A DNA stretch of 63,420 bases, filler included, from Reticulomyxa filosa (Eukaryota > Protista > Foraminifera), in NCBI GenBank assembly GCA_000512085.1. It is 31 parts of 31 records of this genome, joined end to end, with 100 filler letters (N's around TTAATTAATTAA, not from the genome) between each part and the next. Parts side by side here need not be neighbours in the genome. Positions count along the whole stretch, not along the records: positions 23,076 to 24,075 come from ASPP01044477.1; positions 24,176 to 26,904 come from ASPP01004036.1; positions 27,005 to 28,775 come from ASPP01019649.1; positions 28,876 to 29,928 come from ASPP01027335.1; positions 30,029 to 32,576 come from ASPP01038754.1; positions 32,677 to 33,968 come from ASPP01011115.1; positions 34,069 to 35,468 come from ASPP01025954.1; positions 35,569 to 36,598 come from ASPP01012500.1; 23 more parts are not named here. One strand, given 5' to 3'. Of the stretch, positions 23,076 to 35,574 are shown one piece after another. Under the pieces are notes generated by a model. It was given only the letters and a program-made list of their open reading frames with translations. It was not told where the DNA came from and did not search any database. The number at the start of each line of letters is the position of its first letter. Position 1 is the stretch's first letter. The position numbers were made by a program, and so were the translations under genes.

Positions 23076-24075
23076 CTCTGAAGCAATTACTATTACTAAT
23101 AACTCAGGAAGTAATACATATACCTTCACAGGAAATGCTTCATTTACCTTTGAATTTGAAGATGCTGTTTGAAATACTGGATCAGTAACTGCAACAGTAT
23201 CTAATATTGACCTTGTTGCTCCAACTGCTACGATAGATTACTCTCCATCTGCTACAACCAGTGGATCAGTAGTTGCTACTCTTACTGGAGCGAGTGAAAA
23301 TATTACCATTACTAATAACTCAGGTTCAAATACTTATACTTTTGCAAGTACTGGTTCATTCGTATTTGAATATGTAGATGATGCTGGAAATACAGGATCT
23401 ACTACTGCAACAGTAACTTGGATTGATACTACTCCTCCAACAGCTTCAATTACATATTCAACCACAGGTGCTACTAACCAAAATGTAGTAGCTACTCTTA
23501 CAGGAGCCTCTGAAGCAATTACTATTACTAATAACTCAGGAAGTAATACATATACCTTCACAGGAAATGCTTCATTTACCTTTGAATTTGAAGATGCTGT
23601 TTGAAATACTGGATCAGTAACTGCAACAGTATCTAATATTGACCTTGTTGCTCCAACTGCTACGATAGATTACTCTCCATCTGCTACAACCAGTGGATCA
23701 GTAGTTGCTACTCTTACTGGAGCGAGTGAAAATATTACCATTACTAATAACTCAGGTTCAAATACTTATACTTTTGCAAGTACTGGTTCATTCGTATTTG
23801 AATATGTAGATGATGCTGGAAATACAGGATCTACTACTGCAACAGTAACTTGGATTGATACTACTCCTCCAACAGCTTCAATTACATATTCAACCACAGG
23901 TGCTACTAACCAAAATGTAGTAGCTACTCTTACAGGAGCCTCTGAAGCAATTACTATTACTAATAACTCAGGAAGTAATACATATACCTTCACAGGAAAT
24001 GCTTCATTTACCTTTGAATTTGAAGATGCTGTTTGAAATACTGGATCAGTAACTGCAACAGTATCTAATATTGAC
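23076..24075 (+). repeat. Apparently perfect 432-bp tandem repeat (2.3 units), each made of two diverged 216-bp subunits
   Basis: Units start at 23076, 23508 and 23940. The ORF track shows identical antisense translations offset by 432. Confidence 0.95.
23077..24075 (+). CDS. Internal part of a large bacterial surface protein made of 72-aa Ig-like repeats; open only if TGA is a sense codon (Gly, table 25)
   Basis: 333 codons of Thr/Ser-rich beta-strand repeats (ITITNNSGSNTYTF...FxFE.xDxxGNTGS.TATVxxID..PTA.I.YS...). The only stops are TGA at 23170, 23602 and 24034, each aligned with GGA in the sister subunit. Confidence 0.75.
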
Positions 24076-25079
24076 NNNNNNNNNNNNNNNNNNNNNNNNN
24101 NNNNNNNNNNNNNNNNNNNTTAATTAATTAANNNNNNNNNNNNNNNNNNNNNNNNNNNNNNNNNNNNNNNNNNNNCTTGAAGCAAAGCAATGGCAAATGT
24201 CCAATTCAACAACACGATCCAGACATTGCATTTAGTATATATTTTTTGTAACATTTTGTTCAAAATTGAATTTGAATTTGTCAATATTTTTGTTTGTTTA
24301 TTTGTGATATAAGTAGAAAGTATCTCTTCTCGATTCAATTATCTCCTTTTTTTTTTTGGAGTGGACGTATTTCTGCAAATACAGAGTCTGGTCTTCCAAC
24401 AAGTTGACCAAGATGGGCAAAGCAGAACTTAAGCATTAGCATTTGTATTAGTATTTGCACTTGCTTTTGCTTTTGCAGTTGTCTTAGCATTGGTCTTTGT
24501 ACTTGCTGACGTATAGGGCATATCACTCGTGAATTTAGAGCTTTCAATACAAATTTTTATATTCTTCTTTTTTTTTGCTTCTTTATTTTTGATCTTCTTT
24601 TCGTCGACGGCGTCATTGTCATTGTTGTCATTGTCCTTACCTTTCGTCGCCATCATCTTCTTGTCCTTTTCATCCTTCAAAGACATCGCCTCGTCATTGA
24701 CACCAGTTCTTTCATATGCCGTTTCTATCTTTGTGACATGAGAACACTGCCACAGGCGTCTGGCAGGTTGAATATGGCCAAAGCGCGCAACGCAAGCTTT
24801 ACCAGTTCGGCTACAAAAGTAATAAAAATGAAAAAGCACATTTAACAAAAAATTTCTCAAAACTTACGTGAACTTGAAGACAGGACATGTTCTAAAACAA
24901 AGAATACCTTTTGCAGTAGATCCATCAACCAATGTTAAGCGCCATGATAAAACAAATATGTAGTGACTTAAGAATTGCATATACATGTGTTCTAATGATG
25001 ATATGATGATTATTATGATGATAATCCAAATATGCCATAAAACACTTATTGATTCACTCAAATTATGACTTATTACTTA

Positions 25080-25560
25080 AATTCATTTTGATAAAAACAA
25101 AGATTATACATATATGAAAGAATATAATGGTAATTCAAGAGAGTTTTAGATAGACCATTGAATAAAGTGATAAAATTGTATTTACCCAATTTTTAACAAA
25201 AACAATACAATACAGATGATGAGAGAAACTTTACCTATTATTATACAATGTTACAAATAATATTTTCAGTCTATATATTGGGAAATTACTATGCTGTGCG
25301 TGAATAGAATTGTAAAATATATCAGTGAAATTGAACAAACAACAATTGGATGATGTTTTAAAATCTTTAATAGATGGCTTCTCATAGAATATATATATGC
25401 AAGATCACATTAAACTTGAATGAAAAACAATTGAATAAAGTGCTTGAGTTTTTAATCAAAGCATTTGATAGTGAAAAAATAGAAATTATTATTCCTCAGC
25501 ACCCTTACATGCACAATTGGGAGGTAAACAATTAGATAATGCACTACCATATTTGATTAC
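25080..25560 (+). pseudogene. Highly degraded paralogue of the NACHT-HEAT family
   Basis: IHFDKNKDYTY..VLDRPLNKVIKLYLPNF and KLNEKQLNKVLEFLIKAF match the 21249-21623 and 20981-21262 translations. Confidence 0.7.
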
Positions 25561-26214
25561 TATGTAGCTTTTATAGTTTTATAACAAATTCGAATTAATT
25601 GATAAATCTGAAAGTGAGTAATCATGAAAAATGAAAAGAGAAAAAATAATCAAAAGTAAATGCAAAACAAATTGCCCCAATTATTTGATGATCATGGGCA
25701 ATCAATTGCTATCAATATATTCAATTGGCTCTTTCAACTTAACAATTATAGCAAAAATAGAAAAATAAAATTACAATAAACAGAAACAATACAGTATCTG
25801 GTATTCGAACCCAGTAGTCGAAAAAGAGTTTGCGATAATATCGTATTGCACCCAAGTGCATAGACTGCCTAGATAAATGAATTTACATTCTATTTATCAT
25901 ATTCTCATAACATAAAGTCTTCAAAACCTGAACCTTCAAAACTAAAATCTTCATAACTTAAAATCTTTATACAAATTTTATATTATCAAACAAACAAATA
26001 ATATATTATATTATATTAAACAAACATATATTATTTATAAAAATATTATATATTAACAAATATTATATTATATTATATCAAACAAACTATATTATTTAAA
26101 AAATATTATATCTTAATAAACAAATACAAAAATATATAATCTTATTTTATATAATTATCTTCTTCTTTATTATCACCATTATTATTATTTTTTTTCTTTA
26201 CTTAATCATATACA

Positions 26215-26904
26215 TTTTGATGCTAATACAAATTGTGGATTATATGTTTCAGAATTAAATAAATTTTCTACAAATGATGTTAAACGACTTGTACCAAATT
26301 CGTTATCTAGACAAATTGTACTAACATTTTATGTAATGCATCCCATAGTATATCATTAGGATCTACATTATCACGTTCTTGTTTATCTACTCTAGCAGAA
26401 GTAACATTATTAAAAGTTCTTTGTAAAGATTCTTTTATACCAGTGGTGGTTCATTAATAATAATTAAAGATTTACGTAATAAAGTAACAAGTACTTTAGG
26501 ATGTATTTCCATCTTCATAAATAAACGAAAATCATCATGTTTTTTCATACGATGTAAATGTTTTTATAAACCTTGTAATCTTGTGGTGATAAATGTACAT
26601 TTTTTAATAATATCCATGTACCTTTTTTAGTATAAGCAGTAATTGCATTTCTGCTTTAGCATAATCATCTGATGAACCCATAGCGAATGCTTCATAACTG
26701 CTTTTAGCTTTACTTTCAAAATGTTCTGCAGCTAATGCATCAATTTTACTAGAAGGATCATTACCAGGTGTTGATGCCATTAATAATGGTATCTCCATTA
26801 GCATCAAATTCATATCATTTCCAATTAAATACTTCTTCTACAAATAATTTAGCTGTTTTAATCATTTGATCTGGTCTAAATGCTTTTCGTATAGCTAATT
26901 GTTC
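26215..26904 (-). pseudogene. DYNC1H1: Cytoplasmic dynein heavy chain fragment (AAA6 region) with frameshifts and internal deletions
   Basis: KAFRPDQM..., PLLMASTPGNDPS.KIDALA, AMGSSDDYAKAE, KGTWILLKNVHLSP, HDDFRLFMKMEIHPKV..LLRKS....EPP.GIKESLQRTF, ILWDAL, LDNEF..SRLTSFVENLF, collinear with the dynein-1 C-terminal motor region. Confidence 0.85.
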
Positions 26905-27004
26905 NNNNNNNNNNNNNNNNNNNNNNNNNNNNNNNNNNNNNNNNNNNNTTAATTAATTAANNNNNNNNNNNNNNNNNNNNNNNNNNNNNNNNNNNNNNNN
27001 NNNN

Positions 27005-27710
27005 TTATTATCATCATTGTTACTATTGCTTTGTAATGGTGAAATATCAACACACCAAACACGATTTGTATGTCCATTAAAACATGTAACGATTTTGATG
27101 TCTCGACATCCCATAAACGAATTGTTTTGTCAAATGATCCAGAACACAAATATCTACCACCATTAAATGGTGAAAATTCAATACCACTAACACCGCTAGT
27201 GTGTCCATTAAATATTTGTAATTGCTTATTATGTTTGAAATCCCAAAATCGAATGTTTTCGTCAGACGAAGAACAAATGACATTTTGATGATGATTATGA
27301 TAATGATATGGTGAAAATTTCACACAATACACTTCATCTGTATGTCCATTGAATGATTGAATTAGTTTGTTGTTATCAACATCCCATACACGAACTGTTT
27401 GATCATATGATCCAGAACAAATGAATTGACAATCATTATATGTTGAATAATCAATACTCCACACAATGTCGGTATGTCCAGTGAATGTATTGATTAATTT
27501 GGATGATGAACGAAATGTATCAAACATGAAGATAGTATTTACCTATGTTAAATAATATTGGAATGTTTTTGGTTGATATTTAAAAAGAAAGAAAATGAAC
27601 TAACATAATTGACAATAAATTTATCAAAATCTTTAATCCATCCTAATTGAATGTTTAATGTTCGAGTCCAATGATGAATAATTATTTGGATCTCTTCTTT
27701 TGACTGTTTC
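27005..27710 (-). CDS. WD40-repeat protein of the expanded family (partial; 1-nt frameshift at ~27080)
   Basis: EEIQIIIHHWTRTLNIQLGWIKDFDKFIVNY, an intron, then GH...WD repeats (GHTDIVWSIDY..VRVWD; GHTDEV..IRFWD; GHTSGV..IRLWD). Confidence 0.85.
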
Positions 27711-30167
27711 AATCGTAAAGCAAAATGAGAAAAATAAGAAGAAAAACCTAAAAAAAACTTAAACGAAACTTTCATTACTAAGCTAAAGTATCTTCTTTTT
27801 TTCCTTGAGATGATCTTTGATGATGTAAAGATGATGAAAAAGATGCTTTTCGACTTTTTTTTGAGGGTCAATAAAAAATTGAAATGAATTTTTTTATTTA
27901 ATAAATATAAACTTTATAGTGAGAAATAAGTGTTTTATTTTGTAGAGTATTAACATACATTATTTATACATACACACGAATGGTTTTTTTTCTATATGAA
28001 AGAATTCTTCTGTTTGTCATTGCAAACAACTAACAAATCTCTAAAACTATACAAAGAGAATATGACTTCAAATTTCTTATTATTTTTACTTCTTTACTAG
28101 CAAACAAGGTTTGTTGCAAAAAAAGTAATTTTGGAGAGAACTCTTTGTCATAAACAAAATTGAAATAACCAATAAAAAAACATTGTACAATTTGGTGAAC
28201 AATAAAACAAAATAAAATGGATAATTTTCCCTTGTTAATCCAATCTCTCAAAAGTACAAATGTTAACATTTTAATACACTTTTTTGGATTAAAAAATTAC
28301 AAAACAGAAAATTCTTTTTTCTTCCAAGTTTTTCAAATTAAAAACAGAAAGATGAATTAATGTTCAAGCAAATTCCACTCCAGAAAAAAAACTAGATGAA
28401 ACATTAGACTAATATTTACTCTTCTAAGTACAAATAATTTGTAGTTTCTATTTTAAAAATAATAAAAACTTAGTCAGTATACATATAGGTAATTTTAAAT
28501 GTTAGATAAAGTTTCTCTATAGTATGACTCTTACAAATGGAATATTTTCTCAGCTTCTCTTATGTTTCATTCAAAGACAAAAAGAAAAACATATTACAAA
28601 GATCACATCAGAATTTTGAGAGTTCTCATGCAAATATGTTATGTTCAAAATAATAACATGAGTGTATATTTTTTTTTGTTTCTTTTTTCACGCCATATTC
28701 TGTGTAAATTGTCAGATATTGATCCACAAGGAAAAATTGGAAAATTTCACTGCATCTCAATGCAGTATTGTCGCANNNNNNNNNNNNNNNNNNNNNNNNN
28801 NNNNNNNNNNNNNNNNNNNTTAATTAATTAANNNNNNNNNNNNNNNNNNNNNNNNNNNNNNNNNNNNNNNNNNNNTAATGATTATCGAATATTTACTTGC
28901 ATCTGATATCATTCTTTCTTAATTCCTATCAATACATGCATCATTCAATAAAATTGCAGTTTCTTTTTCCATTTTCTTTTTAAACCATAAATAATAATTT
29001 TTACATTCAACGTACTTATCATAATGATACACATCCAAACATTACAAAGACAAAAATAACTACACTACTATTTGTAACATGTTTTTCAAATTTTTTTAAC
29101 GTAATTTTGATTTGATAAAATAGGCCAAAACCGAAACAACTAGATTACCTGTCATTACTTAATAAGAAAAATATCATTTTATTTATTTGAAAAAAACTTG
29201 TCATTTTAAGAAACATGTTAAAAAAAATGAAAAATGGCCCAAATTCAAAATGTAATGATATGTCATACTCCTGAATAATATTTATTTTTCATTTTATAAA
29301 ATAGATTTTATTTAGAAAATTTATTTGCAATATTTACACACATTCTCGTTTTTATGTAGTCAAAATTGAGACAGAAGCCCTTGCATCATCAAACTATCTA
29401 TATCTTAAAAACTACTCAGCTTCGTGAGTCTTTAGCTAAGACTAAATATCATCTTTCAACTTTCACTTTGAAGACTGAACAAAGTTATAATCTCTTGTAA
29501 CTTCTCCAAGGTAGAAGATTCTTACGACGTGACGCTTGTTTTGATATTGCATAGAGCATAGGAGAGTCAGAGATTGATTCCTCACTTTACATTCAAGGAG
29601 AGCGCAAGCCAAATACAACTAAGTAACAACAATATGATGAATTTTTATGATAATCAATGCAAGATATTTATAATTTTGATGATAGAATTTAAATGTATAT
29701 TCAAATGTGACATGTGGAATATTTTTAAAACAAAGAGACAATGCAACACGATATATTACAACATCAATTAGCCTAATTGAACATTCTAGCAATGTATTGA
29801 ATGTATAGTTGCACGTGCACCATTTATGTAATGCAGTTTGTGTATAAGTTTGGCACGCAACAAACGTACGAATTAGCTTTGGCGTCAATCAACCAAAAAC
29901 TGCTTTTTCTAATGGTGGCAAAGTGGAGNNNNNNNNNNNNNNNNNNNNNNNNNNNNNNNNNNNNNNNNNNNNTTAATTAATTAANNNNNNNNNNNNNNNN
30001 NNNNNNNNNNNNNNNNNNNNNNNNNNNNAGATTAACATAACATACTTTCACATTATTGCATAAAAGAGAACCAAAAAAAATTTTATTTTTTTTAATATAC
30101 ATGCATATAATATATATATATAGTTGTTATTTGTTTTGTGTGTGAAAAGGTGTTTACATTGCGTTGA

Positions 30168-30638
30168 ATGACTTGCGCAAAAACGAGTGAAAGTCCGATA
30201 GACATTCAAGTGGAAAGTGCCGCGGGAAAAACGAAGATGATTGAAATGCTACAGTTTTTGGTGAATGAATGCAGACAGACTTTGTATTTGAAAGGGTTTG
30301 AGCTGTACGGATCAATGATGGAAAGTGAGAGGGCGGTCGAATGGGCAAAGGCAATTGCGAAAGAATATTACTATGATTTGATCGGTCAATTCCAATTCGA
30401 AGACTCGGTTAAATATACTCTCAATGTCGTCGATGCTGGAAATCAAACATTGAAAACAAAGCCAAATGAACCGATCACCATTCAGGTGACTCGCAAATAT
30501 GTCCCCGATTATTTGCTTCGGTCTTCTGCGAGTGGTCACAATGAAGAAGTTTTGGAAGGGGAAAAGGAGGAGGAGGACGTGAAACGACAAAGTGAAAATG
30601 TCACTGTTGAAAATGATGAAATGGTAAGGAATCAATGA
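30168..30638 (+). CDS. Last exon of a hypothetical protein
   Basis: 156-codon frame with protein-like composition after an intron-like (TA)n tract. No family recognised. Confidence 0.4.
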   Translation: MTCAKTSESPIDIQVESAAGKTKMIEMLQFLVNECRQTLYLKGFELYGSMMESERAVEWAKAIAKEYYYDLIGQFQFEDSVKYTLNVVDAGNQTLKTKPNEPITIQVTRKYVPDYLLRSSASGHNEEVLEGEKEEEDVKRQSENVTVENDEMVRNQ

Positions 30639-32676
30639 TATTTCTCTTGTGTCAATGACCACGGAATGATTTCATGAAAAACCATCGCCACTTCCAATGA
30701 TATTGAAAATGATATGTTGAATATTGGTACAAAAGTGCAACTCGCACTTGTCCCTCCCTACAATGCCCAATTTTGATTTCATTGTTGCTGTCAGAAATAA
30801 TGTAGTGGTTGATGTTGGAATCTTGAAGATAGGTCTCCTGGCATTAACCTTCCTTTTTCTTTTCAACTTGGTACAATGGGCAACGTGCTTCGTATGTGCT
30901 TCTTTTATGTAATTGTTATTTAGATTTATATTTTCCCAAATTTGTTTACTTGCCCCAAAAAACTTTCAAATATTGCCATCAATCCTACCTTTCATTTAAA
31001 AAAACTTTATGATAACGAGTTTGTAATATTAAAAATTCTTTCACATTTTTTAATTTTTTTAAATCAAAAAACTTAAAAAAAAGTATTTCATAAAGGAAAA
31101 TAGAAAATATGCAAAAATACGCAAAAACTAACATAGTAAGCTTATCTTTCAACAACTTAAGTTACTAAGTCGTAGTAATTCGAGTGTTATCACTAATGAA
31201 TACATTAAAAAGTAATTAATATTTAGTCAACACAAAACAAGTCAAAAAAAAAAAATTCCTTAAAGTTTATATACGTATCTTACTTTGAACAACTGAACTT
31301 AAGTGCTTTCGACGGTACTGTGAGAACAACAGTATTGTTTATTGGTTGTACCTACCATTAAACTCAAAAATAACAAACTCACGAAAGGACCGGAAAAACT
31401 TTGACACATTATTTCCGGAACCGCCTGTACCTGTGAACATAATGCATAAGATACCCAACAACACTGAAAATGTGACGGTTACACAAAAGCCAGCAGCTGA
31501 GATCAGTGCCACAAATCAACCTCAACAAACGGACACAGTCTATAATCACTTACAAACAAGCCTGCTTCTAAACAAAAACAAAGATAGTGAAAGAAAAAAT
31601 GATAGCACTTCCATTGGTCCAATCGACAACATTGACAATAGGGCACAGAAGAAGAAAGTACATTTAATTTTTTTTTTTTGTAAAAAAAAAAGAAGACTGA
31701 AGTAACGACGTTTTTTGCTGACTGTGTAAAATCTGGTACTATGAAAAAAAAAATGGGGGTGAAACCCTTTAGGAAAAGCAGCAGAAACGGGTAATGAGCA
31801 ATCAGCAACGAATTGGTTGTTTGATCAAATGTCACCATGTGGAGACGACGCAATGGATTTGGCAACGGTCCATATCCGTGTTCGTATGGGCAAGAGACAA
31901 AAGGAGAAAGCGTGGTTCGGTCTGTGATAGAATCGAAGGATGAGAATCTGATGGAATAGTGGCGATGTGATTGATTTGTGTACAGTAAATAAGAATGCAA
32001 AAGATCACACTTGGCCGAACGAGAGAGCTGCAAACAAATCCCCCGTCGGAAATTGCCGGACCCGATTTTGTGACGCCGATCAATCCGCAGACAAGCCATT
32101 CAACAATGGCCAATAGCACTCCTTTGTCCTTGACGCAATGGCAGTTTTCAACCTCATTCAAGAACTAGTGCTGCAATGTCCCAGACATCGCATCTTCATC
32201 TTTGCATAACCGGATCCAAAAGAGCTCTCTCCCCCCCCCCTCTCGCTTTGCAACTTCTTCTTATTGTCAATTGTTATTCGCATTAATTGAAGAGAGCAAT
32301 GATGGCAATATTATCAGATCAACGCCTTCCAAGCGTCGAAAAGTGGAATTTTCGGATTTGGGATTGGTAATACCCAACAGCAGCTGTATTCAACTAGAGC
32401 GTGTGACGTCGCAAACATGGAGAAAACATGGACGAGCAGGTTGCAATCGACGTTGCTCAAGCAATAGAGGGGCGAGTCGTACCAGGGGAGTACTGATACG
32501 TGTTTCACAGAAATGACGATAACAGCTCAGGGATGCCTTGCTACCAAAGTGTCATGGACGCAATCACTATTGTCAANNNNNNNNNNNNNNNNNNNNNNNN
32601 NNNNNNNNNNNNNNNNNNNNTTAATTAATTAANNNNNNNNNNNNNNNNNNNNNNNNNNNNNNNNNNNNNNNNNNNN

Positions 32677-32714
<38 letters not shown>

Positions 32715-32715
<1 letters not shown>

Positions 32716-33873
32716 ATTGAGTGAATTTAAATCGGGCGGCTTTTGGAAGATTGACAAAATCGTGAATCCCAACAATCGCAATCCAGCATTGGAAGAGGAC
32801 GAGGACCCATCCCGTTACGTTCGAACGAAGCCTCCGACGATCAAGCCGGAGGGATATTTCAAGCTAATGTCGCCGCACGACTTTGAGGTGGAGCTGTCAT
32901 TGGAGTTTGCACATATGCTGCGCGATTACATGAAAGAGTTTTTGAAGAAGAAAGAAAAGTTTGCAAACATTGCAAAGCAAAAAGAAAAGGCGTTGGCGAG
33001 AATCGGCAAGAGCATGGACGATGACATCCCATCTGCCATTGGCGGGACGTCGAGTCCAAGTCCGAGTGACGCAAGTGCGGCCAAGGCAAAGGGGCCCACC
33101 CCGTTCCAACAAAAGAAACTACTGCAAAAGCAGAACACCACGGCCATCACCACGGGCCTGAGTCAAGCAGAAGGGGGGGGAGGGTCCACTCCCCACGGCA
33201 AGCGCAAGTCGATGGGCAACATACTCGCGACGCAGCCCGACAAGGCACTCACACCGAGAGCAGGCGGAAGCTCCTCCACCAAGAAGAGGGACAGCTCGGC
33301 AGCGTGGGAAGAGTCGCAAGGCGGCAGCAAGACTCCGAGATTGTCGTCCAAAAGTCAAACCACGTTGGACGTCACCGGTCTTGTCGACGCTGCAAAAAAA
33401 GAAGAAAAGCAAAAGCGATCACAGCCCAAAGGAAAAGTGGGAATGCCAACTAAGCCCGTTGAAGGTATTTGTTATTTATTATTGTTGTTATTGTTTTGAT
33501 CAAAAATTATATACATATATATATGTATATATGTATATATTATATATGTATACATATATATATATATAAAGAATGGACGGTTAGTGATGTTCAAGAGTGG
33601 CTGATGCATATATCCACACAAAGACCCAAGTCGAAAGAAAAGAAAAAAGAGGTGCCCATTGTCCCCTTCTACGAGGAGTACGGCGGACAGTTTGAAAGCC
33701 ACAAAATCGATGGCCCCAAACTGCTCTTGCAAACTCGAATGACGCTGGCCAATGACCTTCTCATCAAAAACCAATATCGACCCATTCTCATGGAATTCAT
33801 CGATGAGCTGAAACACCGCGAAAATGTATCTGCCACGCCTCGCTCGTCCGTCACCACGTCTTCTACGCCTGCA
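32715..33873 (+). CDS. SAM-domain protein, internal exons
   Basis: Exon 32715-33464, GT-AG intron 33465-33571, then EWTVSDVQEWL...YGGQFESHKIDGPKLL..TRMTLANDL.I....RPILMEFIDEL (SAM consensus). Confidence 0.75.
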
Positions 33874-34441
33874 GTTATATTATACTTTATTGCACAACTC
33901 TTTTTGTGTGTGTGTGTGTATGTGTTATAATATGTAAATCATTTATATTTAAACTTTTTTTTTTTTTTNNNNNNNNNNNNNNNNNNNNNNNNNNNNNNNN
34001 NNNNNNNNNNNNTTAATTAATTAANNNNNNNNNNNNNNNNNNNNNNNNNNNNNNNNNNNNNNNNNNNNTCAATAGTTTTAAGTTAATTTGTACATAAAAT
34101 CAATGTATATTTACTGTGGTGCAGTGATTTGCCTGAACAGAAGTCTGACAAACTATGTAACTAGTTTTTTTCTTATGTGATTTTTTTTTAGCCAGTTAAT
34201 TCAACCAATAAAAATATTGTGATTAATAGCCTTTACAATACCTAAAAATGATTATTTTTGCGTTAGATAAGAATATACTCGCTTAAAAATAAGCGAGAAT
34301 ACGTGTATTTGTACCCAAAGTTTTACTACTTGGTTTGTCTAGTAGATATAATTTTTTTCGCAAAAGAAGTGTTTCTTTTTTTTGAACTTTCCAATAAAAA
34401 AAAAATTCATTTTCAAGCCCCTTCCCAGTGATTCCACTGGC

Positions 34442-35222
34442 ATGGCCTATGTTAACAACAATGCACCAGAGGTGCATGCAAAAAAAGACAAGTTTGGCCA
34501 TACGTATTACGTGGACAACCCAGATGTGGAAATTGAAGGACTCTACTATTTTCCCGATCACATAACAAGTGAAGAAGAAGAATCCTTATTGAAATCAATT
34601 GACTCCACCCCGTGGAGCACAGCTTTATCACGAAGACAGCAATTTTACGGTCCAGTGTATTTTCAAACTCGTCACAACGTCCCCTCGATCCAGCCACATC
34701 CAGATGACATGTGCAAGAGCGAGAAGGAGTCAGAGGAAGTCAATGGGACGACAAGCAATTATAGCGAAGACATTAACAAAATGAAATGGTTAAGTGATCG
34801 AATAATAAAAGATGGCTTTTTCAGCAAAGAGCATCCTCCGACACAAGTGTTGGTGAATGAATATGTTGAAAACCAACGTATCAAAGGACACGTAGACAAC
34901 CCCAAAATGTTTGGAGACGTCATTGTCGGGCTGTCGATTGGCGATCCCATTTATATGACATTGACAAATGATAAAAAAACCACATGTCACGTGCAAGATG
35001 TTCATTGCAAGACGAAGTTTATATGTGTACGAAAAGGAGGCCAGGTTTGAGTGGAGACATGGAATTACCAGTCAAAAAAAAGTGTACGATCCAATCCAAA
35101 AGAATTGTATCGTTCGAAACAACAACTTCAGACGCATTTCACTTACTTTTCGAATTTTGAAAGAAACTGGTCTAAAACGAGTTAAAAAAGGGGAACTTAA
35201 CCACGATGATGCCGTATTTTAA
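34442..35222 (+). CDS. AlkB-family 2OG-Fe(II) dioxygenase (ALKBH-like), with one extra A in the A7 run at 34973-34979
   Basis: GLYYFPDHITSEEEESLL..ID..PW...LSRRQQFYG, LVNEY...IKGHVD (HxD), IVGLSIG. After the frameshift: RRSLYV...ARFEWRHGI, RRISLTFR. Confidence 0.85.
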
Positions 35223-35574
35223 AATTACCAAATTGCTTTTATGTTTTGTTTTATTCTTTCTCATTTTTTTTTCGTAATTGTCATTCATTATTAGTTTCAG
35301 TCGGGTTGATCTTTTTTTTTGTTTGAACTTTGTTTTTTTTTCTCTCAAAACTCGTTGCAACATGCAGTTTAAGGTGAGGTTTACAAAAATTGCAAACGTG
35401 CAAAAAGGGGCAAGTACAGCTTTTAAAAAAAAGTACGAATTAATTATCCATTAGTTTTTGGGTTCAGANNNNNNNNNNNNNNNNNNNNNNNNNNNNNNNN
35501 NNNNNNNNNNNNTTAATTAATTAANNNNNNNNNNNNNNNNNNNNNNNNNNNNNNNNNNNNNNNNNNNNAAGTCA

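Noticed and set aside
23170-23172. TGA as Trp (table 4) or selenocysteine
   Set aside because: The aligned residue in the sister repeat is Gly in a DxxGN turn, TGG is already used for Trp, and there is no redox or Cys context.
23334-23993. Two identical 75-aa minus-strand ORFs
   Set aside because: They are antisense shadows of the plus-strand Ig-like repeat gene.
25846-25872. Helitron 3' end (hairpin + CTAG)
   Set aside because: CTAG is followed by A, not the T expected for an A|T target, and no Rep/helicase relic was seen.
28876-29928. Short ORFs and small hairpins in this contig
   Set aside because: AT-rich sequence with no recognisable coding or RNA motif.
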